A DNA stretch of 58,402 nucleotides, taken from the NCBI RefSeq assembly GCF_001194135.2, contig NC_068982.1:12355232-12413633 (forward strand), written 5' to 3'. Origin of the DNA: Octopus bimaculoides. Lineage: Eukaryota. A model generated the notes under the pieces. That model worked only from the letters and a program-made list of their open reading frames with translations, was not told the origin of the DNA and searched no databases. The translations under genes were made by a program, and so were the position numbers. This document shows positions 37,087 to 49,724 of the stretch, piece by piece. How positions within the stretch are numbered: position 1 is the stretch's first letter; every line of letters begins with the position of its first letter.

Positions 37087-38974
37087 TACACGCACATTAT
37101 ACATGTATATATATTCATATATATGTGTATATATGTATATTCATGTATATGTGTGTGTATATATTATATGAAAGTGTGTGTATGTATATTACGTGTTAAA
37201 AAGAATGCTACAAAGCTGAAGTACTTCATCTAAGGGAGATCTCTTTAAAGATTGCGTTAAAAAACACAGCATACTTCAAGGCAGACAAAACAAAATTGAC
37301 CTGAAATTGAATGAAAGCAGTAGATATCAATATTTTGCGGTTATTTCTACTTCTCAGTGTTACGTACTCCTCCACTTCCGAAACTATTCACCTTAGCCAG
37401 ATAGAGGTGTATATACAAATAGTGTAATATCTATTTGCTGATATGTTTATTTAATAGAAGTATTTTTGAAAGCAGTATTTGAAATGCTTTTGCGCCTGAT
37501 ATGCATGGTGTATGTGAAATTTTTATTCACCTTAACCTAATTAATTTACTTCCATCCATTTTATATAGAAATTAATATGTATGCTCTTGTGTTTTCATAT
37601 CTATGCTGACAAAATCATTTCATTACATTTATGCGCATGAAAGGAATGAATATGGTGCGCAAACTGTTTCTTGGATGGGTTTTTGTCAGTTCAATATATG
37701 TTTTCAACACACTGTTATCTCTCCTTAATGTTAGAAATATTGCAATGGTCATTCAACCTTGGTTATGCAATTAAAAGATATATTATGGTTAGAATTATGG
37801 ATGCATAATTTAGTTCTATATGTTTTCACAAAAGATTTTTCTTACATTAGGTGTGGTAGAATATGAAATTTATGAAGTTTTTGTTAATAAATTTATAGTT
37901 TAACAAGGAGGAAAAGGTTTGTTTAACAGATTAAACATTATACAACAGTAAGACATTATTGCTCAACTGCTTGAGCTAATAAGGTAACCTCTACTGGTAG
38001 CTTGACTTGTTAAAATTTTCAGCCAAACCTCATTTTTATGCTCTAACATTTTAAAAACGGGAAGGATACATTAAATAATTGTGTAAAACAATGTCTGAGA
38101 AAAGCTCTTCTCTCTCACAGCTAACTAGACAGTAAGACCTAAATATATTTATTTCTAGAAAAACCTCAGCAAAAAACAAAACGGAGCTAACAAAGTATTC
38201 ATCAAACACAACAGTGATCTTCTTCTCTTACAATTTAATGTATCCCAGGGAATTCTATTTAGAGCTAAGCAAACAGGTAATGACTTTACACGTTCATACT
38301 CTGAAGAGATATGGACATTAACTGCTCTGCCGGTAGTTCTTCAATGAATGTGATTTAAAGAGAAAATCTACTAATTCGGCTTTCAGTATTTTAATTCATT
38401 TTTCTTCTTAATGGACTATCAGAAGAGGAAGAACAATGTCCATTATTCTTCAGATTGACAAGGAGCAAGGAGTATATTTTTGTACCGGCGACCTAGTTCT
38501 GAATACTAGCGAACGGGTGTACACTGCTAAAGGCACTCAAGGGCTAGATGTTAAACTGAGCAATAATTTGTGTCTGCCATCCACTAGCTCTGACGAGCTT
38601 CCACACAGTTTCCAACCACCAAATTTCACTCACAGGGCGTTGGTTAATCTGAGTTTACAACAGAAGACATCTTCCTAAAGAATCAAACACTTAAAATTAC
38701 ATAACTACAAAGAGAACTTCATGAGGAAAGAGCCATATCTGCATTCAAAAAAACATATCAGTACAAACACTTACCATATCCTCAATATAGTTTCATTAAT
38801 GATGTGGGCATTGCTTTCATCTACGACTTAATATGCATTTCACACATACTGAAATATATAAACATCATAATTTTTGTATTTAAGTGGAGTCTTTGTAATT
38901 GAATACTTAACAAATGTTTCAAATTTTGGTACAAAGCTAGCAAGTTTGGGGGAGGGGTAAGTCGATTACATTGT

Positions 38975-39365
38975 CTTCAGTCCATTCAGTCGTGCCCGCC
39001 ACACAACCTTTTTTGTCATATGCAGCAGACAAAGGAAAACTGCTTGACTTTTCCAGTCAAAGGAAGACGGCGGGGCGATCTTCACAATGAAGACGGCTGA
39101 TAGCCGGATCCGTCCTACACAGGACAACAACTGTTCAACATGCTTCCACAAGTCAGCAATGCTTGAGCACAGTACAAGTGCATGCAGAATGGTTTCGTGG
39201 CTCTGTGTACATCTTGGGCCGGCGCAGCTGACGACACTACCATGCCTGTATAGATTATCCAAACCGACAATACCCCTTATTGCACTGCAAGGTCAGAAAT
39301 TTCTGGAAATTAGCCATGGGCTCCGGCCCGAAAAGACTTGCCAATTGATTTTCATTGGCGCCTAA
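38975..39365 (-). mobile_element. Tx1-family ORF2 C-terminal (zf-RVT) fragment
   Basis: CAGPRCTQSHETILHALVLC...LWKHVEQLL, i.e. the C-C-H-C knuckle region of L1/Tx1. Confidence 0.75.
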
Positions 39366-39433
39366 ATTTTCCCGAATACGTTGTCGCTCTTACCCACCAC
39401 TAATCTATAGAACGCTGTAGTGGAACATCTGCC

Positions 39434-40469
39434 GATCGTATTTCCTTTTCATGAGCAGCTTGATTAATTAATTTTCTTTAACTAAACACTTTGAAACTTC
39501 GTATACTGGTAGAATGTGTCCTATAGAACATCTTTTACTGATAGCGTTGTTGAGAAAAGTTTCTATTTTTGAAGTTATTTCGTGTTAAAGTTGTCGTATT
39601 TCGGTAATTTCAACCAATCAATGACGTGTATTCAGCTGAATAAAATTACTGCTGTTGTTTGTCAACAACAACTATCGGAGGTGTATATTTCGTTTGTTAC
39701 TGTTATTTATGACATCGTTCGTGCGTTCGTACTGGTTTTAGCTTTAAAAAAATTTACAATTTTTCTACTTAGGGTTGGGGTTTTAGAGTTAGGGTTTAGG
39801 TTAGAGTTAGGGTTAGGGCTAGGGTTTTAGGGTTAGGGTAAGGGTTAGGGTTTTAAGGTTACGGAAAAAAGTGAAAAATGAAGAAATTGGAGTGGGGAGG
39901 ACTAACGGGGACCAAAAAATTTCAAAATTCCGATTTTTGGCAATTTTCCGGAATCTCCGTATCCGAAAAACTGGGTTTCTGACAAAAAAAAAAAACAGAA
40001 AAATTTTTAAAAAAACAATAATTTGGAAGAAAATGGTGGGGGTGTGAGAAAGTCTTTCCGAAAATAGTAGCTTAAAAACAGGAAAAAAAAACCCCTACAA
40101 GCAGTAGAAATGCACAAACGATTATGGTGGTGTCATGAAGTAAACGTACTTCAGATACACTCGTTTATTCATACGAACGTAACAGAGATGAAATATGTCA
40201 TAAATAACAGTGACAAACGAAATATACACCACCGGAAGTTGTTCACAAACAACAGCAGTAATTTTATTCAGCTGAATACACATCATTGATTAAAATTACC
40301 GAAATACGATAACTTTAACACGAAATAACTTCGAAAATAGAAACTTTTCTCAACAACGCTAAGAGTAAAAGATGTTCTATATGAAACATTCTACTAGTAT
40401 ACGAAGTTTCAAAGTGTTTAGTTAAAGAAAATTAATTAATCGAGCTGCCCATGAAAAGGAAAAGATCCC
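39434..40469. mobile_element. Foldback-like non-autonomous DNA element with ~270-bp TIRs and internal TTAGGG-like repeats
   Basis: 39434-39715 is inversely complementary to about 40195-40467; degenerate (TTAGGG)n at 39769-39860. Confidence 0.85.
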
Positions 40470-40747
40470 TAGGGTCGATGTAATGGACTTCTTCCTCCTC
40501 TCAAAATTGTTGGCCTTGTGTCAAAATTAGGAAGAATTGTTAATATTATTGATTGGTTGATTGATTGATTGATTACCTGTTCAACCCAGTTTTCAAATTA
40601 TTCTCCTAAAGGCTGAATTCTAACAGGTTTAACCTGAATGAAGAATAATTTTTTACTTTACTTTCATACAGGGAATATTTGAACCTTTGTTAGTCTGTTT
40701 ATAAGGGACTCAGACGAAAATAGGTCCGTTATAGAATAATTTTTATA

Positions 40748-41040
40748 TTATTACCTCCGCCTAAGCGAAGGCGGAGGTATTGTTTTCAATTGTGCTTGTT
40801 TGTTTGTCCGTGAACGAGATATCTCAAAAACTGCTGGATGAATTCGAATGAAACTTTAAGGGATGTTTGGCCTTGTGACTGGCACGGTCTCATTAGATTT
40901 TGGGATCGATCCGGTACCGAACAAGGATTCTGGATTATTTTTTTAATAATTTCTTTACATGTATGTGTAAAGTTTCATATAGTTCTCTTGTACACGCACC
41001 CACATACACACATATACTCATATTTTCAGCGTTGAACATT
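40748..41040 (+). mobile_element. HINE/DINE-like element
   Basis: TTATT-ACCTCCGCC(taagcgaa)GGCGGAGGT perfect 9-bp hairpin, then (TTTG)n; homolog of 3440-3728. Confidence 0.75.
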
Positions 41041-41591
41041 ACCATCCCATTTCTATTGTACACACACACACACACACATACACAAAAATACCTCTCTTTT
41101 ACATACACACACACACACACACTCACACTTCAAACGCCGTTTATCGGCTTTTTCACTCCTTCTTCGTTATTCATATATCACCCCTTCCTTTCTCATTCAT
41201 ACGACGCTCTCTTTGTCACTTCGTTTCGTGTTTCTCATTGTCATTACTTTCTCTCACTCCCTCTCAGTCATGGCTATTACTCTCACTACTTCCTTCACTG
41301 TATTAGTAGAAACTGATGGAGAAAGAAATCAAACTACATAAACAAATAGCAGCAAAACCGTTCAAAAATTAAATAACACTAACATTTTTATAATATCAAT
41401 GGAATTTTCTCGATGTGAACTTTCCAGTGCAGTAATTAGATTTTTAAAATTCCGTTTACTTTGTGTGATTTAAGGGAGATTTGGCTGTTGTTTCTAGCAA
41501 CTTTTATATTTCTTCCCTTCTATCTGTATCAGCGTTCTTACACATCGATCACGCGCTCAACATATAATATACACATTAAGAGTAAAAGAGG

Positions 41592-41635
<44 letters not shown>

Positions 41636-42309
41636 NNNNNNNNNNNNNNNNNNNNNNNNNNNNNNNNNNNNNNNNNNNNNNNNNNNNNNNNNNNNNNNNN
41701 NNNNNNNNNNNNNNNNNNNNNNNNNNNNNNNNNNNNNNNNNNNNNNNNNNNNNNNNNNNNNNNNNNNNNNNNNNNNNNNNNNNNNNNNNNNNNNNNNNNN
41801 NNNNNNNNNNNNNNNNNNNNNNNNNNNNNNNNNNNNNNNNNNNNNNNNNNNNNNNNNNNNNNNNNNNNNNNNNNNNNNNNNNNNNNNNNNNNNNNNNNNN
41901 NNNNNNNNNNNNNNNNNNNNNNNNNNNNNNNNNNNNNNNNNNNNNNNNNNNNNNNNNNNNNNNNNNNNNNNNNNNNNNNNNNNACATACACACATCAACA
42001 TTATAGATATAAGATTTAGTTTCTGTGTTTCTTATATAAACATGCGCACGCATTGCTATTTTATAACTGTCTTCCGTTCTCCCTTCCTCTCTTTCTCTCT
42101 CTTCATTGCTCCCGTTCTCTATTCCTTTCTCCCCCCCTCTCTCTTTTCCTCTCTCCCTCTTCTCTCTCGCTCTCTCAAGCGCATACACGCGTACGTACAC
42201 ACAAGCATTCACTTCAAGATAACTCATGTTCGTCAATGTTTTGTAAATATACAAACTACGGAGCTTATGGACAACACATTGCAAATCAGTGAACTTCATT
42301 ACAAATGTG

Positions 42310-42452
42310 GGTAATTTTTCAGATTAACACCCGCACGATTTTCACCAGGGTGTTAGGGTTACGGTTTTGGGGTCAGGGTTTAGGGTTAGGGTTACATAAT
42401 CGTGCGGGTGTTAATCTGAAAAATTACCGAAATGTGAAAACTACCGACCCTA
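42310..42452. mobile_element. Small MITE with a perfect 31-bp inverted repeat around TTAGGG-like repeats
   Basis: 42310-42340 is the exact reverse complement of 42398-42428; interior GTTAGGGTT...TTTAGGGTTAGGGTT. Confidence 0.8.
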
Positions 42453-42489
42453 CCATTTGTTATAACTTTTGTTGTTCTGTATAATATGT

Positions 42490-43004
42490 ACATAGATTAT
42501 GCCTCCAAAGAAGAGAGCTTGCTGGGGAAAGAAAGCAACCGGTTTAAAAAGATAGCAACTAACTGCAGCAATTCACCACATTCCAGAAGCTACTTTGAAC
42601 ATAATGCAAAATGGTGCATCAACATCTACTGCCTAATCTGATAGAATGGCAGAACTGTGTAGCAACAGATCTCCAGAAATTGCTTCATCAAAAATTGCCG
42701 TCCTACCTCCTGCGAAAAGGAATTACCCTGCTATGTATAATCAAGGCAGCGCAAAAAGTTGTTTTGCACAAGCATTTCTATAGCTAATTAGACGGATGAA
42801 ATTTACATACACTTAATAATGTTACGCAAAACAGCCTTCAGACTTTCTCTATTAATTTCATCGTCTTTTCATTTATGAACATATTTACATCATAAGGGTT
42901 TTATTCGTTGTAAGGCTTTCTTTTTTCGTTGATTTTCACCTAGCAAGACTTATCGTAGATGGCGTAATAAGTCACACCCGGACAACGTCGGGTTATACTG
43001 CTAG
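42490..43004 (+). mobile_element. Non-autonomous Helitron (3' end certain, 5' boundary uncertain)
   Basis: Hairpin ACCCGGACAACGTCGGGT (42976-42993) 7 nt before CTAG|T (43001-43004). Confidence 0.7.
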
Positions 43005-43045
43005 TTTATAATAAAATAAATATATACAAATTATAAAAATAATAT

Positions 43046-43135
43046 ACAGTACAGTACTGTTTCTACTTCGCGGATTTTCACCTATCGCGGGTTTTTTTGG
43101 AATGAAACATCCGCGATAGTCGAGGGATTACTGTA
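43046..43135. mobile_element. Tigger/pogo-like MITE remnant
   Basis: TACAGTA...CGCGG at left and CCGCGATAGTCGAGGGATTACTGTA at right. Confidence 0.5.
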
Positions 43136-43249
43136 CTATATAAATGGCTACTTACGATTTTGTCTGTAATTACAAGCATCGTTTTTACATTCTGCAATGG
43201 AAAAAATAGATAAATTTTCAAGTCTTGCGTGCTTCAATAATCGGAATAT

Positions 43250-43427
43250 ATAATACAGTTCTATATTTAAGAGATGAGGAATTATGTACATTATTTACAT
43301 TTGACAGACATTTGTCCTCATCTTGTTTGTTGTTAACACAACGTTTCGGCTGATATACGCTCCAGCCTTCATCAGGTGTCTTGGGGAAATTTCGAACCTG
43401 GTTTCTCATTCCTAAGGTATTTTTCGA

Positions 43428-43460
<33 letters not shown>

Positions 43461-43523
43461 TATTATTCAGGAATCGAACTCGGAATCTAGGGTTTAGTAG
43501 CCCACGCTCTTAACCACTACGCC
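43250..43523 (-). mobile_element. SINE-like element: tRNA head, (AAT)n, linker, hammerhead, AT-rich tail
   Basis: Head GGCGTAGTGGTTAAGAGC...GAGTTCGATTCC at 43523-43468; (AAT)n at about 43430-43467; ribozyme at 43335-43380. Confidence 0.75.
43335..43380 (-). ncRNA. Intact minimal type I hammerhead ribozyme
   Basis: GACAC-CTGATGA-A-GGCTG(gagcgtatat)CAGCC-GAAA-CGTT-GTGTT: full core, 5-bp stems I and II, palindromic AACGTT stem III, GUU cleavage site. Confidence 0.85.
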
Positions 43524-43534
43524 CACGGGCATAT

Positions 43535-43681
43535 GGCGTAGTAGTTAAGAGCACGGGCTACTAACCCCAATTCTCCAAGGCACCTGATGAAGGCTAGAGG
43601 GTATATCAGCCGAAACGTTGTTTTAACAACAAACAAGATGAGGACAAATATCCGTCAAATATAAATAATGTAAATAATGTA
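43535..43681 (+). mobile_element. Inverted, internally deleted copy of the same hammerhead element
   Basis: GGCGTAGTAGTTAAGAGC head lacking the B box; hammerhead at 43579-43624 (GGCAC-CTGATGA-A-GGCTA..CAGCC-GAAA-CGTT-GTTTT); same tail. Confidence 0.75.
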
Positions 43682-44476
43682 TCGGAATATATANNNNNNN
43701 NNNNNNNNNNNNNNNNNNNNNNNNNNNNNNNNNNNNNNNNNNNNNNNNNNNNNNNNNNNNNNNNNNNNNNNNNNNNNNNNNNNNNNNNNNNNNNNNNNNN
43801 NNNNNNNNNNNNNNNNNNNNNNNNNNNNNNNNNNNNNNNNNNNNNNNNNNNNNNNNNNNNNNNNNNNNNNNNNNNNNNNNNNNNNNNNNNNNNNNNNNNN
43901 NNNNNNNNNNNNNNNNNNNNNNNNNNNNNNNNNNNNNNNNNNNNNNNNNNNNNNNNNNNNNNNNNNNNNNNNNNNNNNNNNNNNNNNNNNNNNNNNNNNN
44001 NNNNNNNNNNNNNNNNNNNNNNNNNNNNNNNNNNNNNNNNNNNNNNNNNNNNNNNNNNNNNNNNNNNNNNNNNNNNNNNNNNNNNNNNNNNNNNNNNNNN
44101 NNNNNNNNNNNNNNNNNNNNNNNNNNNNNNNNNNNNNNNNNNNNNNNNNNNNNNNNNNNNNNNNNNNNNNNNNNNNNNNNNNNNNNNNNNNNNNNNNNNN
44201 NNNNNNNNNNNNNNNNNNNNNNNNNNNNNNNNNNNNNNNNNNNNNNNNNNNNNNNNNNNNNNNNNNNNNNNNNNNNNNNNNNNNNNNNNNNNNNNNNNNN
44301 NNNNNNNNNNNNNNNNNNNNNNNNNNNNNNNNNNNNNNNNNNNNNNNNNNNNNNNNNNNNNNNNNNNNNNNNNNNNNNNNNNNNNNNNNNNNNNNNNNNN
44401 NNNNNNNNNNNNNNNNNNNNNNNNNNNNNNNNNNNNNNNNNNNNNNNNNNNNNNNNNNNNNNNNNNNNNNNNNNNC

Positions 44477-44745
44477 CCCTATTTCCTTCAGTTTCCGCAG
44501 CAAAAGCTCAAGCCAACACATATAGAAGCGGGGAGAAGGGACACCCTTGACGTACTGAGCGCTTGGTTGAGAACGGCTTCGATAAGAAACCGTTCACCCG
44601 AACGATCGAATCGATGTTGCTATAAAGAGCAATAATCGAACTGAGAAAACCGACCGTCGCGAGGACCGACACCAGATACCGATGGTCAACCCTATTGTAA
44701 GCCTTAGATTGGTCTAAATGGACCAAAGCCCCATCCTTGCAAGGA
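44477..44745 (-). mobile_element. Tx1-family RT fragment
   Basis: HLDQSKAYNRVDHRYL...VRVNGFLS...VRQGCPFSPLLYVLA; nucleotide homolog of 26520-26680. Confidence 0.9.
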
Positions 44746-47700
44746 ATCCTGAGAACCAGCTATGTTGGTCGAATTGGGCATACTGCCCTAGCAATTAACA
44801 ATTCCCTCTTGAAACAAGGGGAACACATAACAATTACTTCCAAAAAGCAATAATAGAGTTCAACGAACTACAAATGTAACAAGAAAAATCCAACAGATTG
44901 ACAACAGTAGAGGTAAACTCACGATAAAGCAGCAAAATAACCAAAAAACTTATTCACAGTTTAACTTGTAGCAAGTGTGATTTTTAATTACCCACTAGGG
45001 GCGAACATAGCGGGGACAATACATGACACATGGGGACATGAAACAAGAAAATAAAAAGAAAAAAAAACAAAAGAAATCACACAAACGTATGAGGATATGA
45101 ACAACACGTGACAGACCAGCCGAGAGCGAGAAATGTATGCCTATCCGCTGGAAGCCTACCGTCAGCTACATAAGGAAACTTTTCTCGCTATTTCCTCAGT
45201 GAGTTGGGATGTACGGTCGACTTCAGATCTGCGGCAGAGAGGAGTTTATTTCGCAGGCAGCCTCAGCTATCCTTTGACGGGTACGTTTGTTCCTGTCCTT
45301 CAGCAGAAGTCGTTACATATTTGTTTTCCTATTTTACACCGCATACCTTATGTACCAACTGCATGTGAAAATATTGTGTATATATTCTGACCATTCTTTC
45401 AAGATGTATTCCACCAGCTTTGCCGTGTTAATGCTCTTTAACGGGTTGAATAAATCGTCACATTTTAAGCTTCTGATTTTCTCATTTCTTCCTTTATCTA
45501 CACGCACACGTATACTGGAACTCAAACTAGCTTTATCCATCAACGCAACTACCCCCGTTAAAAACTACTGAAAATGACGTGTTATTTGGGTTAAAGCATT
45601 TAATGGAATTGCAAGAACCCACAGAACCAGTACTCGATAGTGATTCCAATTGCATTGAAGTAAGCGGCTACAATACCTCGAGGAATTAATCGCAGGTTAA
45701 TATCACCAATCGGTACATGTACACAGCAGGTAGAAATTACTTGTAAGGAAATATGAACTCACAATTCGTGAACTGCAAACCGGAAAAATTACCCACCATC
45801 ACAACTATTATCATTACCACCACCATCTCTACCATAACTATGTATTTTTCTCTTTATGAGGAAAATTGGTTTCGACAGTGAACATTTAGTAATTCAATCA
45901 CAGGAATCTATACTCATCAAATCACTGTGAGCAGTATTTTTTTTTTCATAAACACATGTGCTCATAAGAGCACATTATGTTTTGTTTATTCAGTTTGGTG
46001 GTTATAAATGTCACATAATGTGACAAGGCTGAAGGTTTGAATTACTGATACAATTGAGAAAGAGAGAGAGAGAGAACTGGAAAGACACGGCCCTAGTACT
46101 CAACTATTAATATATCTATTGACTTCTAAAGGAAAGGCAAAGTTGTCTTCGACATGATTTGAACTCGAATCGCAAAGAGCCGAGAAAAATATCGCATTCC
46201 AACATACTAGCTCAGCTGTTCTCAAACGCTGTGCTGTGAGTTTCCCAAAGTATTACTTAAAACTTCAAGAAATCTATAATTCTTGAGCACCTTGAAAAAT
46301 GTGTTATTCATAATTTTATGACACACACGAAGGATTAATAAAACAAGGAAATTCATAGCTTTTTTTACGATTTTCTAAATTTCTAACATTAAAACGGCGT
46401 TCATTTTCTACCTTTCATTGTGTGACACGAAGTCAGGAAGATTGTTAAACGATAGTTTAACGACTCCAGAGATGGTATGTGACAGTAACAGAAATTGAGC
46501 AACTGATTAAATGACTTGCGATATTCCTTAAGTTTCAGTCTTAATTTATGCCTATGTCAACCTTGTTTTTCACTCTTCCTGCTGTTGATAAAATAAGTAC
46601 TGGTTATATGTTGGTATGTTTGAGACTGTATCCGTTTTTTTTTTTAATTCGTAGCCTTATGCCTAAATTAGAAATCAATATACAGAATTTCGGAGGTTGT
46701 ACTTGTCTAACAATTCATTTAATTTGAGACCGTGTGTTGAAACTAAAGGAATTGAAGCGTGGTAAACTCATTTTAGTCATTCAAAAACGCACAGAAACTG
46801 TGATGTGAATGTGCAAGTGACCAGATCATTGACAATGCGACGAAAATTTTGACGCTAGGTAATAAAAGATTGGGTTACTGGGTGTTTTTGAATGGCAAAA
46901 ATTAGTCTTCCTTGTTGCAGTTGCTAAGATACTGAAGGTTTTAAAACATGAGTTATGAAAAATAATTGAATTACTTTTTCGCGTGACGTTACAATCTTCA
47001 TAACAATCGGCTGTAAATAGAAATGAAACCAGTATGAAAATGAGAAAGGGTCAAACAGGAGATACAAGGAGGGGGAGTTATTATTAGCTACAGATCTTAT
47101 TCTTAGATGGGAAAAAAAGCTAAATTTATAAAACTGAGATTAAAAGAAAATACTGTTTGGTACATAACAATAGTCTTAACGCCACAAACACTCCAAGTTA
47201 GCTTAGCTATTGATATTTTTGTAGATAGAAGAGAATTTTCTTTGTTTTTTTTATCCTTAGACACAAGGCTAAACCATTAATCTTTAACCTTTGATTAGAA
47301 ATAAGTGTCTTTACAATGTATTATCATTTCTCCTCTGTTTTCATTTACCAGTTTTTAAAAGTACACGTTACCTCGTCCGATCGGAAACTTTTTGTCCCAA
47401 ACTCCATGTTCCATAAAGTTATACCGATCAAAATTTTGTAATTGGAAACACTAATGTGAGGGTAATTGTTGCTATTGCCCTCTCTCCTATTGTTGTTCAT
47501 AAATGATGACGAGACCACCGACGGAATAACATATTGGACGTCCTAATTTTAGCTCAATAATTCGCATCCACTGATGGCATTTTTACACATACAATGTGTG
47601 TGTGTGTGTGTGTGTATCTCTATAATATTCAAAATGATTTTTAAAAAAACATGTTTATTATGAACTTCCGGTAACGCATGCCCATCGATAAACAGTAACC

Positions 47701-49724
47701 GGCCAGTGTGAAGTATTCATGACCGTACTGCAGGTTAATGCATGGTATAGATTCCTATATTATAAGAATTTGTTGTGAAAATATTTTTGGGAAGGTAAAA
47801 AAAAAAATAGTGTACAAGCAAAGATACATTCTGACACGCATCACAATTTCTTTCAAAATTTTAAATTTCATTTTGTAGATATGTGATGTATGTCAGTATG
47901 TATGTGTGTTATCAAAATAAATATTTTTCCGTATTAAATTTCAATATAATTATAATCTTCACACTTTGAAAGATATTTGTAAAAAATTTCATTTAAAAAT
48001 ACCCATTTTTCCGAAAGTTATGAGGAAACAAACCCGACTCATGTGAATTTTCTGAAACTCTTCTCCCCACAGCCTCGAATATTTTTATTCACAACAAATT
48101 CCAATATAATCGGAATCTACACTACATGAAGCCTATTTGTAGCAAATCTCATTTTTTTAAATCCATTTTTCTGGAAGTTATGAGGAAACATTCACTTTTG
48201 TGAACGTATGCATATTGCATACATAAGTAATACGAAAATTATATAAGTAATACTTACTAACATAAGTAATACGAAAATTATATTGTTTATCGGCTTGTTT
48301 TGCGTCACTTTCATTTTGTATATAATAATATTTAATTATATAGCTGCATGTTATATATAATCAAACAATATACTTTCTTCGGCCGGTTTGTTTCAAAAGG
48401 GAGACAACAATGTGAATGAGATGGGCTCAGTTTTTCACTACACATAAACATAGATAGGACAGCAGTATTTATGATGATATTGTGCTTAATGTTTAGTAAC
48501 GAATAGTAACTGCATTTAAAATGCATCGAATTGTGTGTGTATAATACATTCAAAATTTGTATAGAAGTACAAACAAACGGAACGACCGGAAAATACACAC
48601 ATAGAATGTCGCTAAATCCCCATCGGTTATCGTCCAAAGGATCATAATTTTACACCTTTAATAGCATCGTTCCCATTTGGTGGCGTCAGCGACGAGAAGC
48701 TGCAGGGAAATAGCGAGTAAACAAAGGACCAAACAGGACAGAATGTGAACATAGAAATAAATATACATTATGCAAACAAAGTAATATAAAATAAGGCCTT
48801 GCAGCGCAAGACAAGACGAATAGTGGACAGAGACGAAAACACTAGCCTTTTATTCTTCTTCGCAGAATAATTATTAATTATTTCGTATGTGTATTTGGTG
48901 TGCAAGATTCTTGTTGTGAATATGTGTGTTGAAAGAAATACTATTAAACCTTGAGACCGAACCAGTGCGTGTGTTTATTACCGGCATAATGCCTCTCCCA
49001 AGGTTTAATAGTAATTATTAATTAATCCCCCTTTTTAAATCTATGCAAGCTAACAAGTGAGAATCTACGTAGTTGCTCTAATTGCTGATACTAGCAGTCA
49101 AAATCTCTCTCATAGTATACCCTATAATCTTTAAAAATGAACATATTGGATAATGTACTCAGGGTACGCTATGCTGAAAAAAGAGAGGGTGGCCGTTGCT
49201 GGAATGTCATTGATCACACGCAATGTAATGTTAATCAACAAACCCACTTGTCTCACTTTTCTCAAGAATACAAGAAAATCCTAACACAATTCCTTTCGTA
49301 TCTACCAGTGTTTTTGCAGTTCACTTACAATAACAACAACGAGATTATACGTGAGTTTCTATATGGTCACTCTAGCTGCTAGAAATAACAGCAAAATTCC
49401 CCTCTTATTACATTTTGTTTTAAAAATAAGACTAAAATAATGTGATCTTCGGTTTCCTGCACATATGAAATTACATGAGTGGTCATGCAGGAAAGTCTTT
49501 GATCATAGGCTTTTTTTTTATCAACAACAACACCATAAAAATGTAGACAAGAACAATGAGAAGTTCAAGTCATCATCATTATCAATAGCAGCAACAATAA
49601 GAAAGACGAAGAGCATGAAAAGAGGATATATTTATAGCCATTAGACTTACGAGGAATATTTTTAGTCAAATACGTCATTAGTACGGTTTTCTTCAATTCT
49701 GTAACAATAAAAAAAGACACAGAT

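Noticed and set aside
39769-39860. True telomere or chromosome fusion site
   Set aside because: Short, degenerate, single orientation and enclosed by transposon-like TIRs.
43468-43523. Functional tRNA gene
   Set aside because: Only about 56 nt, no 3' acceptor strand and a poor anticodon stem; treated as a SINE head.
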